Shown here in pieces: positions 18,292 to 27,369 of a DNA stretch of 34,491 bases. Each line of letters begins with the position of its first letter. The first letter of the stretch is position 1. The stretch lies in the sequence record SRR20825010_6902. One strand, written 5' to 3'. Under the pieces are notes generated by a model that saw nothing but the letters and a program-made list of their open reading frames with translations, was not told the origin of the DNA and searched no databases. The translations under genes and the position numbers were made by a program.

Positions 18292-18332
18292 GGGAGTGCA
18301 TTGATATTTCACATATTAATTGCAGCACTCCC
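18292..18332 (-). terminator. Long hairpin between metY and the metX fusion (terminator/attenuator or stabiliser)
   Basis: GGGAGTGC...GCACTCCC 8-bp arms plus an inner A/T stem; followed on the minus strand by TTGTCTTTT. Confidence 0.5.
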
Positions 18333-18374
18333 GTATCAATTTGATAATGACTTTATAAGGAAATAAAATAATTT

Positions 18375-19667
18375 TTACGCTAAAACAGATTTATCAATGA
18401 CCGAAAATGCCTGCACCAAATCCGCTTTTATATCTTCAATATCCTCCAACCCCACACATAAACGTATTAGATCTTTGGTTACTCCTGTAGCTTGTTGGGC
18501 TTCATCATCCAACTGTTGGTGCGTTGTACTGGCAGGGTGAATAATTAAGGACTTGGTATCCCCAATATTTGCCAATAGGGAAAATAGCTTGGTTTCATCT
18601 ACCACCTTTTTGGCCGAATCGTATCCACCCTTAACTCCGAAGGTCACTATTCCACTTTGTCCTTTTGGAAGGTATTTTTTGGCCAAGGAATAATACGGAC
18701 TGGTTGAAAGGCCTGGATAGTTTACCCATGCCACTTCTTTTCTATCCTGTAACCATTTAGCCAATTCCAAAGCATTTTCACTGTGTTTCTTGATACGAAG
18801 TTCCAAGGTTTCCAAACCTTGAATAATTTGAAAGGCATTAAATGGGCTCAAGGCAGCACCAAGATCCCTTAAACCTTCAATTCTTACTTTTGCAATAAAG
18901 GCTGCAGCACCCAAGACATCGTGATAAACCAAACCGTGGTATCCTGGGGATGGCTCCGTAAACTCAGGGAATTTACCACTGCTCCAATCGAAAGTACCTG
19001 CATCTACAATGACACCCCCCATAGAAGTTCCATTACCATTGATATATTTTGTAAGTGAATGTATTACAATATTTGCCCCGTGTTCAATTGGCTTTATCAA
19101 AGCACTTGTAGCTACCGTGTTATCCACAATAAATGGTATTTTGGCTTTTTTGGCCACTTCTGATATTGCCTTCAAATCCAGCACGTCCAATTTTGGATTC
19201 CCTAGGGATTCCACAAAAATAGCTCTTGTATTTTCCTGAATGGCATTGGCAAAGTTCTCCTCGTCCCCTGGCTCAACAAAGGTGGTTGTGATACCCAATC
19301 TAGGTAAAGTCACCGCCAAAAGATTATAGGTACCTCCATAAAGACTGCTGGAAGCCACAATATGATCCCCGGTTTTAAGCAAAACCAATAGAGCGGTAGA
19401 AATAGCTGCCGTACCGGATGCCGTTACCACACTGGCCAGTCCACCTTCCAAAGCCGCCAAACGCTGCTCTAAAATGTCATTGGTAGGGTTGTTTAGCCTG
19501 GTGTAAATAAAGCCAGGTTCCGATAAGTTAAAAAGATTGGCCGCATGGTCCGTATTATTAAACACATAGGCGGTATTCTGATAAATAGGCACTGCCCTGG
19601 TGCCAGCTGTTAATTTTGTGTCATGTCCTGCATGCAAAGCGTTTGTTGAAAATTTTTGAGTACTCAT
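18375..19667 (-). CDS. metY: O-acetylhomoserine aminocarboxypropyltransferase / sulfhydrylase
   Basis: 430 aa; RAVPIYQ, IYTRLNNPT, HSLTKY PLP-Lys, YHGL insertion, LANIGDTKSLIIHPASTTHQQL. Confidence 0.94.
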   Translation of the reverse strand: MSTQKFSTNALHAGHDTKLTAGTRAVPIYQNTAYVFNNTDHAANLFNLSEPGFIYTRLNNPTNDILEQRLAALEGGLASVVTASGTAAISTALLVLLKTGDHIVASSSLYGGTYNLLAVTLPRLGITTTFVEPGDEENFANAIQENTRAIFVESLGNPKLDVLDLKAISEVAKKAKIPFIVDNTVATSALIKPIEHGANIVIHSLTKYINGNGTSMGGVIVDAGTFDWSSGKFPEFTEPSPGYHGLVYHDVLGAAAFIAKVRIEGLRDLGAALSPFNAFQIIQGLETLELRIKKHSENALELAKWLQDRKEVAWVNYPGLSTSPYYSLAKKYLPKGQSGIVTFGVKGGYDSAKKVVDETKLFSLLANIGDTKSLIIHPASTTHQQLDDEAQQATGVTKDLIRLCVGLEDIEDIKADLVQAFSVIDKSVLA

Positions 19668-19790
19668 GATTTCTTGTTTTTTATATTATTAAAATAGATA
19701 AAATAAAAAGCCAAAACAAATAATGCGGACAATGCAATATTATAAAATCAAAAAGTTAAAAAGAAAATCCGTTACAGAAGTAACCGTTAG

Positions 19791-19931
19791 TGTTATCTGC
19801 CATGGATACTGTAAAACAAGCCATAATAATTTGGCCCAGTACTTAGGTAGAATTTAGCACCTTCTTTAATAAATGATCAAAGGGTTGCTAAGGCTTCAAA
19901 GGGTCTATTCCCTCCACCTTTCTTGATAACA
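19791..19931 (-). ncRNA. SAM-I (S-box) riboswitch upstream of metY
   Basis: Minus strand reads TGTTATCAAGAAAGGTGGAGGGAATAGACCCTTTGAAGCCTTAGCAACC...GGTGCTAAATTCTA...GATAACA: P1 TGTTATC/GATAACA, extended P4 (GTACTG/CAGTAT, GGCCA/TGGCT). Confidence 0.95.
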
Positions 19932-19960
19932 ATTCAATAAGTGTTTGAACTTTAGGTTTG

Positions 19961-19968
19961 CAAATATA
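19961..19968 (-). promoter_or_regulatory. Bacteroidota -7 promoter element (TATATTTG) for the SAM-I/metY transcript
   Basis: Exact TAnnTTTG match 30 nt upstream of the aptamer. Confidence 0.7.
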
Positions 19969-20007
19969 GGTATGGAAAATTCTTTTTTCCTAATCTTTTC
20001 AATAAAA

Positions 20008-21264
20008 TTATAAATCGAAAGCTTCTTTCACCAAATCCACAGCATCCAATTTCTCCCAGGTAAATAATTCCACTTCCTTTTCTACACGTCCGTTGTAAGG
20101 CGATTCAAACACCTTGATCATTTTTTTAGGGTCTTTGCCCATATGACCATAGGCGGCTGTTTCCAAATAAATGGGATTTCTTAATTTTAGCCTTTCTTCT
20201 ATGGAAAAAGGACGCATATCGAACAATTGTGCAACTTTCTTGGCAATCTCGCCATCGCTCAAAGCTACTTTAGCGGAACCATAGGTATCCACAAAAATAG
20301 AAGTGGGCTCCACAACCCCAATAGCGTAACTAACCTGAACCAAAATTTCATCGGCAACCCCTGCAGCAACAAGATTTTTGGCTGCATGCCTAGCGGCATA
20401 TGCGGCACTGCGATCTACCTTACTGGGATCTTTTCCACTAAACGCACCCCCACCATGGGCTCCCTTGCCTCCATAGGTATCCACAATAATCTTTCTTCCA
20501 GTTAGACCGGTATCACCGTGGGGACCTCCAATTACAAATTTCCCCGTAGGATTAATATGGTACTTTATAGTATCGTTAAAAAGCTTTTGTATTGCCACTG
20601 GCAATTGTTCCTTGACCCTCGGAATAAGAATGGAAATAATATCCTTCTTAATTTTGGCCAACATTACATCATCATCCTTATCAAACTCGTCATGTTGGGT
20701 AGAAACAACAATAGTATCTATACGTTGCGGAACATTATCATCGGAATATTCGATGGTCACTTGTGCCTTGGCATCTGGCCTTAGATAAGAAATTGCATCT
20801 CCTACCCTTCTCAAATCTGCCAAAACCTGCAATATTTTATGGGAAATATCCAGGGCCAAGGGCATATAGTTTTCCGTTTCCTTAGTAGCATAGCCGAACA
20901 TCATACCTTGATCTCCTGCCCCCTGATCTTCTTTTGCTCCACGATCCACTCCTTGGTTGATCTCTTTGGACTGCTCGTGTATCAAGGAAATAACACCACA
21001 GGAATCTCCGCTAAACTTATAATCACCATTAGTGTAGCCAATTTTATTGATAACATCCCTCGCAATTTGCTGAACATCAAGATAGGTGTGGCTTTTAACC
21101 TCCCCGGCCAATACCACCTGACCAGTAGTGACCAAAGTTTCGCAAGCCACCTTACTTTCCGAGTCAAAAGCCAAAAAATGATCCAATAACGCATCACTAA
21201 TTTGATCCGCTATTTTATCTGGATGCCCTTCACTAACCGATTCCGAAGTAAATAAATATGCCAT
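20008..21264 (-). CDS. metK: S-adenosylmethionine synthetase
   Basis: [35 protein letters not shown] signatures. Confidence 0.98.
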   Translation of the reverse strand: MAYLFTSESVSEGHPDKIADQISDALLDHFLAFDSESKVACETLVTTGQVVLAGEVKSHTYLDVQQIARDVINKIGYTNGDYKFSGDSCGVISLIHEQSKEINQGVDRGAKEDQGAGDQGMMFGYATKETENYMPLALDISHKILQVLADLRRVGDAISYLRPDAKAQVTIEYSDDNVPQRIDTIVVSTQHDEFDKDDDVMLAKIKKDIISILIPRVKEQLPVAIQKLFNDTIKYHINPTGKFVIGGPHGDTGLTGRKIIVDTYGGKGAHGGGAFSGKDPSKVDRSAAYAARHAAKNLVAAGVADEILVQVSYAIGVVEPTSIFVDTYGSAKVALSDGEIAKKVAQLFDMRPFSIEERLKLRNPIYLETAAYGHMGKDPKKMIKVFESPYNGRVEKEVELFTWEKLDAVDLVKEAFDL

Positions 21265-21354
21265 AAATCCTTTCTAAATAAAAATTAATAGGGATTTGAC
21301 GAAGCACACTAGAGAAGAGTGGATGTTACAGCTCCAATGGAACAGAACAACTTA

Positions 21355-21425
21355 AACTGCTTTAGCATTTAGTTATGCCGAAACTAATTCAGCACATGAG
21401 GTTGCAATCAGTCAAATCCTTCCTC
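21355..21425 (-). ncRNA. SAM-II-type riboswitch aptamer (long L3 with inserted hairpin) upstream of metK
   Basis: Minus strand reads GAGG-AAG-GATTT-GACTG-ATTGCA-A-CCTC-[TGCTGAA/TTCGGCA hairpin]-AAA-TGCTAAA-GCAGTT: H-type pseudoknot with the SAM-II GAUUU, AUUGCA and GCUAAA elements in the canonical order. Confidence 0.8.
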
Positions 21426-21441
21426 GATATTTTTTCGCATA

Positions 21442-21449
21442 CAAAAGTA
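21442..21449 (-). promoter_or_regulatory. Bacteroidota -7 promoter element (TACTTTTG) for the metK leader
   Basis: Exact TAnnTTTG match just upstream of the aptamer. Confidence 0.7.
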
Positions 21450-21509
21450 CAAGAATTCTTGACGTAACTAAAAATGTTTAACAACAATTTTAAAATTGAC
21501 CCTAAAAAC

Positions 21510-24197
21510 CTATAAATCGTATTTTACGGTAAATAGGATATAACGGGGTTGAATGAAATAAGAGGAGGTCGTAAAAAATAATTCGTTGGTGCTATCCCTA
21601 TTCAAGGTATCCGTTCCGAGTAGGTTGGTACCCTTTATTCCAAACTCCCAATGACTATCCCTTTTCTGATAACTGAGGTTACCTTCCAAAAAGCTATAAG
21701 TATTGTCTATGGTATTTTCTTTGTCCATATACTTATAGTAATCGTAGTCCAAGGTAAAAATGAAACTTTTTAGAAAGTTGGCATCAAATTTGGCATAGGG
21801 TTGGTTGGTATAAAAGGTAGTATTCCTACCCCCATTATCGTAGTTATTTACGGTATATCTATAACCCATCTCCAAATTAGGGGCATTCCTAAAATTAGTG
21901 GCTAAAGAGGAATTATAGTTTTGTGTAAAGGATTCCGATCTCCTTGGCTGAAGGTCAATAATATTATTGGTAGCAGACCATGAAACATTTGCTCCTACAG
22001 AGGCCTTTATTTTTCCAAATGTCCGTTGATACCTACCGTTGCCACTTAAGGATTCGTCTTCCAAATTGGAGTTTATAGTAGTACCAATCCTGTTTATTCC
22101 AATAATTTCAGAAGCACTTTTAAGTGCGTCTATTCGTTTCGTATAGGTAATATTCCCAAAAATATTGGTGAAATTGAACATATTAAAACTGAAGAAGTTC
22201 AATGATAGGTTGTGGTTCAAAGCACTCTCCAAGTCCCTGTTTCCGGAATAAACGGAGTTGTAGTTATTGAGCACGTAGGCCTCCGCAAAGCTATTGACAT
22301 CTGTAAAAGATCTTGATACCCTATAATTAAATCGAATGTTTTCGGATTTTTTAAGTTGAACATTTATGTACAAATCCGGCAGCAAAGCGGTTAAATTATC
22401 CTCAACAGTAGTTCCCAGCTGTTCGTTTTTAGTACCGTATTGATGCAAGGTAACACCAGGATTAAAGGTGAATATCCCGGCTATTACCTTATAATGAAAA
22501 CCTAAATACAAATCCGAAACATTATAGGTTACATCGTTGTTGAAGGCGCTGTCGGTAAAAGTCAATGGGGCCCCACCATCCAATATTTGAAAAATGCCGG
22601 AATTAAAATTCTGATGGCTCTGTGTAGTACCCAGTGTAAAATTTAAATTACTCTTTTGGCCCGTTACCCAATAATAATCCAGCTTCGCGTCCACTTTATT
22701 GGTTATGGTATTATTGCCCTGATTAAGGTTATAGATACTCTGATCTTCATCTACCGGGAAAATATCGGTAAAGGCAAAATTATCCCTGATAGCATTGTAA
22801 AATGGATCTTCATCCTGATAAATATGTTGGGCTTCAAAGGCAAAAATATTTTTTGAATTTAAAGTAGTATAATAAATATTGGCATTTTGATTCACGGAAA
22901 TAGGCTTTTGCCTCTTAGTTTCCGTAATTTCATCAGTAATCGTGGAAATTGATATAACATTCTCAATTTCATCATCGTCAGATTGCTTCAAAAGTATGTC
23001 GTAATCAAATTGGAACCTGTCATTAGGCTTATACTTAGAACTAAATTTTGCTAATCCCAAATGAGCGGTCTGATCTGTGGACGTGGTAGCATCCTCCGTT
23101 TCGTTGGAGGAAATATAAACCCTTCTCGTTTGGTCTTCCATTAAGGTCCCGGTATAGGAATAAATACCAAATCCGCTCAAATCCCAATTTTCTTTGGGGG
23201 AATAACTAAAATTCACGGCAGCAAACTTGGTATCTATATTTTTTGCCCTATTGTTCTGAAGGCTGGAAAGTCCCAAGCCATCCCCTCCTATATCTATGGA
23301 GCTTCCACTTGAGCTGCCCAGATTTCTAAATCCTCCGGTAAAACTCTGGTAATCCCTTCTATTAAAGGGTGCTTCCCCAATATTATTGAGATCGGTAATA
23401 ATATTAATACTATAATCAGGGCTATAAAAAAAGAGTTTTGGATGTGCCAGATAACTATCATTAGTACCATAACCCGCCGTTATTTCCCCAAACCAAAATC
23501 TCTTTTTACCCTGCTTCAACTTAATATTGAGCGCCACATTATCAGTATCATTGGTCAGGCCCTGCATTTGGGTTACTTCGTTAAAATTTCTCAACACCTC
23601 TATCTTGTCCAATGCATTGGCTGGAATATTATCTGCCGCCAACTTTGAGTCTCCGTCGAAAAAATCCTTCCCCTCTACCATTACCTTGGTCACTTTTTTT
23701 CCTTCCACCTCTATTTGCCCATCATCATTTATTTCTACACCAGGCAAATTGGCAAGCACATCCTTAAGCTTCTTTTCAGTACCTGTAACAAAGGAATCCG
23801 TATCATAGACTATGGTATCACCTTTCACCGAAATAGGCATCTCATAGGTAACTTCAACCTCGTCCAATTGATTGGTTTGTTCGTAAAGAACAATGTCCTT
23901 ATTTACATCGGCCGTAGGTGCCGTAAAAGAGAATTCTTCCGTTTTAAAACCCAAATAGCTTACGCGGACGTTAAAATTTGACCCCGCTTTTAAATTTAGT
24001 TTATAGAGTCCACTATGGTTAGTAATACCGTAAGATTCCAAGGCCTTGGTTTCTGTATTTATGGCAATGACATTTGCCATATCGACCCCCACTCCGGTGG
24101 AATCCTTAACAATTCCCGTAAGGGTAATTTCTTGACCCAAAGCTGCAGAAAAAGCAAAAACAGCTACTAGTACGGAATAAAAACATTTATTGTACAT
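21510..24197 (-). CDS. Outer-membrane beta-barrel / TonB-dependent-receptor-like protein with N-terminal carboxypeptidase-regulatory-like domain
   Basis: 895 aa; signal peptide, VSYLGF, LDEVEV, LPGVEI...V.GKDFF plug-like motif, C-terminal barrel strand VKYDL. Confidence 0.8.
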   Translation of the reverse strand: MYNKCFYSVLVAVFAFSAALGQEITLTGIVKDSTGVGVDMANVIAINTETKALESYGITNHSGLYKLNLKAGSNFNVRVSYLGFKTEEFSFTAPTADVNKDIVLYEQTNQLDEVEVTYEMPISVKGDTIVYDTDSFVTGTEKKLKDVLANLPGVEINDDGQIEVEGKKVTKVMVEGKDFFDGDSKLAADNIPANALDKIEVLRNFNEVTQMQGLTNDTDNVALNIKLKQGKKRFWFGEITAGYGTNDSYLAHPKLFFYSPDYSINIITDLNNIGEAPFNRRDYQSFTGGFRNLGSSSGSSIDIGGDGLGLSSLQNNRAKNIDTKFAAVNFSYSPKENWDLSGFGIYSYTGTLMEDQTRRVYISSNETEDATTSTDQTAHLGLAKFSSKYKPNDRFQFDYDILLKQSDDDEIENVISISTITDEITETKRQKPISVNQNANIYYTTLNSKNIFAFEAQHIYQDEDPFYNAIRDNFAFTDIFPVDEDQSIYNLNQGNNTITNKVDAKLDYYWVTGQKSNLNFTLGTTQSHQNFNSGIFQILDGGAPLTFTDSAFNNDVTYNVSDLYLGFHYKVIAGIFTFNPGVTLHQYGTKNEQLGTTVEDNLTALLPDLYINVQLKKSENIRFNYRVSRSFTDVNSFAEAYVLNNYNSVYSGNRDLESALNHNLSLNFFSFNMFNFTNIFGNITYTKRIDALKSASEIIGINRIGTTINSNLEDESLSGNGRYQRTFGKIKASVGANVSWSATNNIIDLQPRRSESFTQNYNSSLATNFRNAPNLEMGYRYTVNNYDNGGRNTTFYTNQPYAKFDANFLKSFIFTLDYDYYKYMDKENTIDNTYSFLEGNLSYQKRDSHWEFGIKGTNLLGTDTLNRDSTNELFFTTSSYFIQPRYILFTVKYDL

Positions 24198-24248
24198 CTA
24201 TAAAAAAATTTAATATATCTAATGGTTGATAATAAAAAAAGCACAGAA

Positions 24249-25097
24249 TTAAGGCCTACCACCGCCTCCACCTCTATTTCCTCCACCTCCGCCACCACGA
24301 CGGAAATTCTCCCTCATTTCGGCCATCTTGTCCTTGGATATTTTATCATATTCCTCCTGGGTAACGGTCTTACCTTTACTTGGAGCCTTTATCTCCTTTT
24401 TCTCTGTTGGGTTGAGCACTAATTTTGTACATAGTATAACCGTAACATCATCCTTGACCTCCAAAATTAGGCCTGGTAGTCCCCAATATTCTCCTGGACC
24501 TTGATTTACAGGAACATCCGGGGCATACCAAGCGGTTATCTCAATTTCCTTTTCTGTAAATTCCTCCTCCTTATTTTCATCGTTGTCCCCTCCCCTACGA
24601 AAAATAGCCCTCATATTGGGCCTCTTAATGGTTTTGGTTGCTGTAGCCTTAAAGGCAGTATAATTACCGATCTGTTTTGTTTCTCCACCGAGTTTCCATT
24701 CCAAGATTGGCAATTTATCATCCACCAAAAAAATCTTTCCAAAAAGTTCATTTTTAACCAAATATCTACCATCCCTCACATCTTTATAATAATCACCTCC
24801 GGCTCCGCTCATCATTCCAAATCGCCCACCACCACCTTGGTTGCCAGGCTGCTCCAATCTTTCCTCCTCCTTGTAAATTGATGTGGATTTGTCAAAGGTT
24901 AAAATATAGGTCCGCTCATTGGCTTCCTTCATCCTTTGCATTATTTCCTTCTTTCTATCCTCCGGTATTTGTCTTCCGCCAAAATCCATATTAACAGTAG
25001 TCTTACTAAAATAGGTAGCCTCTCCTTGAAAATCCTGGGCATAAATTCCGAAATTGGATGCAAACAGCATCAAAAAGAAAAAATAGAAATTTTTCAT
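24249..25097 (-). CDS. GLPGLI family protein
   Basis: Signal peptide; WKLGGETKQIGNY, AWYAPDVPVNQGPGEYWGLPGLILE; Gly-rich C-terminus. Confidence 0.92.
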   Translation of the reverse strand: MKNFYFFFLMLFASNFGIYAQDFQGEATYFSKTTVNMDFGGRQIPEDRKKEIMQRMKEANERTYILTFDKSTSIYKEEERLEQPGNQGGGGRFGMMSGAGGDYYKDVRDGRYLVKNELFGKIFLVDDKLPILEWKLGGETKQIGNYTAFKATATKTIKRPNMRAIFRRGGDNDENKEEEFTEKEIEITAWYAPDVPVNQGPGEYWGLPGLILEVKDDVTVILCTKLVLNPTEKKEIKAPSKGKTVTQEEYDKISKDKMAEMRENFRRGGGGGGNRGGGGGRP

Positions 25098-25294
25098 TAT
25101 TTTACATTTTATATCAAGCTTAAGACTACAACAATTTGATTTGGTTTAATCCAAAATCAATAAAAAATACAAATATCCTGTCCTGTAAGTTTTTTATCGG
25201 ATTATCATCCAAAGATTTTAACATGCACCCGATATCTTGTATATTGTACCTCTTTATTACAAGTGCAAAAAACACTAACCATAATTACAAACCT

Positions 25295-25909
25295 ATGCAT
25301 ATCGCCGTTGCAGGAAATATTGGGGCTGGCAAAACAACCTTGACAAGATTACTATCCAAACACTACCAATGGGAGGCCCAATTTGAAGATGTGGTTGACA
25401 ATCCCTATTTGGACGACTTTTACAATCAAATGGAAAGATGGAGCTTTAATCTCCAGATATACTTTTTAAATAATAGGTACAGACAAATTTTACAGATAAG
25501 GAAGGGCGGCAAAGACACTATTCAAGATAGGACCATCTACGAGGATGCCCATATTTTTGCCCCCAACCTCCATGCCATGGGCTTAATGACCAATAGGGAT
25601 TTTAGCAATTACACCAGTCTATTCGAATTAATGGAAACGTTGGTACAGCCTCCAGATCTATTAATTTATTTAAGAAGTTCCATCCCAAACTTGGTGAATC
25701 AAATCCACAAGCGAGGACGCGAATATGAAAACAGCATTTCTATCGACTATCTAAGCCGATTGAACGAACGTTATGAAGCATGGGCGCAAAGCTATGAAAA
25801 GGGCAACCTCTTGGTCATTGATGTTGACAAATTAAATTTTGTGGACGAACCGGAAGATTTGGGCTTGGTCATCAATAAAATTGATGCCGAGATCAATGGC
25901 CTTTTTTAA
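25295..25909 (+). CDS. Deoxynucleoside kinase
   Basis: MHIAVAGNIGAGKTT P-loop, DRTIYED, RGREYE lid; ATG at 25295 preferred. Confidence 0.93.
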   Translation: MHIAVAGNIGAGKTTLTRLLSKHYQWEAQFEDVVDNPYLDDFYNQMERWSFNLQIYFLNNRYRQILQIRKGGKDTIQDRTIYEDAHIFAPNLHAMGLMTNRDFSNYTSLFELMETLVQPPDLLIYLRSSIPNLVNQIHKRGREYENSISIDYLSRLNERYEAWAQSYEKGNLLVIDVDKLNFVDEPEDLGLVINKIDAEINGLF

Positions 25910-26017
25910 ACCACGAACCTAAGAAACCTTATAGGCAATAGAAAAATTACACCTGCAATAGTTCTTATCTTATTTCATCTAAAGGCCTTTGATCACAATT
26001 TTTTAAAACCCACTTGA

Positions 26018-27283
26018 TCATAAATGCCAGGATGCAGGCCATAGCCATATTAAAAATATGCCTACAATTATAGCTATTCCAAAGGAAAGCGCAATCCATT
26101 TCGCCAACTGTTTGGTACCCAAAATTCCTGCCATAACACCCTTAAAAACCAAATTTGACAAGCTGGCCAAAAGTATAAGTTTCCAACCCGTAGACACGTT
26201 TAAGGCATCGATTTTAATTAGCTGTGACAAAGATAGGGTTATGGCATCCACGTCTGTTAGTCCGCTTATTATAGCCACAATATATAGGGCGTCATCTCCA
26301 AACTCCTCATTGGCAAATGCTACCGCCAACAATATGGCCCCGTAAAGCAACCCAAATACCAACGCACTTTTAAATTCGGCAGGGTTTTCCGGTTCAGGCA
26401 TTGTATCATCCTTGGAATCCTTGTTTATACTATAGAACATACCCAGACAAATAAGTGCCATGACTACAAATTCTACCATTAAAGGCAGTAGAATTACAGG
26501 TAATTTTTCTGGTATTACCACCCCTATCTCTACCATTACCCTGGCCAGGGATATGGCAGAAGCAACGGTGATCACAAAGGCCGCCATTTTGCTTATAGAT
26601 GCCGTATCTACAGTTTTACGGGCATAACTAACGGTGGTTGCCGTACTACTGATCAATCCCCCCAAAACACCATTGGAAATAATCCCCAACTTTTTCCCGA
26701 CAAACTTATAAATAAAATATCCCAAGACACTCAGCCCTACTATAAGCGTAATCATTAACCAAATGTTTTGGGGATTGAGCACGTTGTAAGGCCCATAGGT
26801 TTTATTGGGCAGAATGGGAAGCACTACCAAGGAAATTCCTGCAAAGGTCATTATAGCGGAAAGATCCTTTTCCTGTAGTCTATTTATAAAACCATGAAGC
26901 CTTTCCTTTACATAAAGAAGTACAGACATGGAAACCCCAATTACAATGCCCAACACCCTATCCCCCATTACCAAATAAGCACCAATAGCAAACATCAATA
27001 AGGCGGCCACCTCCGTTGTCTGCCCAACATCCGGATTAGTAAATACCTTTATCTTTATAAAATTGGCGGCTACTAGAAGGGAGGTTAGGGCAACACCGAG
27101 AACAGGCAAAATAAAAGGGTTTTGATAGTCCCTACTTAAAAACCCCGCCAAAACTCCTAAAATTGCAATCAGGGTAAAGGTCCTTACCCCCGCCAATTCA
27201 CTATTTGCCTTTTCCCGCTGAAGACCAACCAAAAGGCCCAATCCGAAAGCAATGCCGAGTGTAGTTAAATCGTGATAATCCAT
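26018..27283 (-). CDS. MgtC/SapB-domain + DUF4010 membrane protein
   Basis: GLLVGLQRE...AGVRTF, GQTTE, GGLISSTATT, SGLTDVDAI; many TM segments. Confidence 0.85.
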   Translation of the reverse strand: MDYHDLTTLGIAFGLGLLVGLQREKANSELAGVRTFTLIAILGVLAGFLSRDYQNPFILPVLGVALTSLLVAANFIKIKVFTNPDVGQTTEVAALLMFAIGAYLVMGDRVLGIVIGVSMSVLLYVKERLHGFINRLQEKDLSAIMTFAGISLVVLPILPNKTYGPYNVLNPQNIWLMITLIVGLSVLGYFIYKFVGKKLGIISNGVLGGLISSTATTVSYARKTVDTASISKMAAFVITVASAISLARVMVEIGVVIPEKLPVILLPLMVEFVVMALICLGMFYSINKDSKDDTMPEPENPAEFKSALVFGLLYGAILLAVAFANEEFGDDALYIVAIISGLTDVDAITLSLSQLIKIDALNVSTGWKLILLASLSNLVFKGVMAGILGTKQLAKWIALSFGIAIIVGIFLIWLWPASWHL

Positions 27284-27312
27284 TTGCCGTTAAGTATTAA
27301 CAACTTAAAATG

Positions 27313-27340
27313 TAAAAACCCCGTATAAACGGGGTTTTTA
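27313..27340. terminator. Intrinsic terminator after hppA
   Basis: TAAAAACCCCGT-ATAA-ACGGGGTTTTTA perfect 12-bp arms with T tracts. Confidence 0.85.
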
Positions 27341-27369
27341 ATATAGTGCCAAAATATAAGTTTTGCAAC

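Noticed and set aside
21391-21406. GCAACC...GTGC in the metK leader suggesting SAM-I
   Set aside because: No P1 AUC/GAU or P2 kink-turn; the sequence fits the SAM-II pseudoknot better
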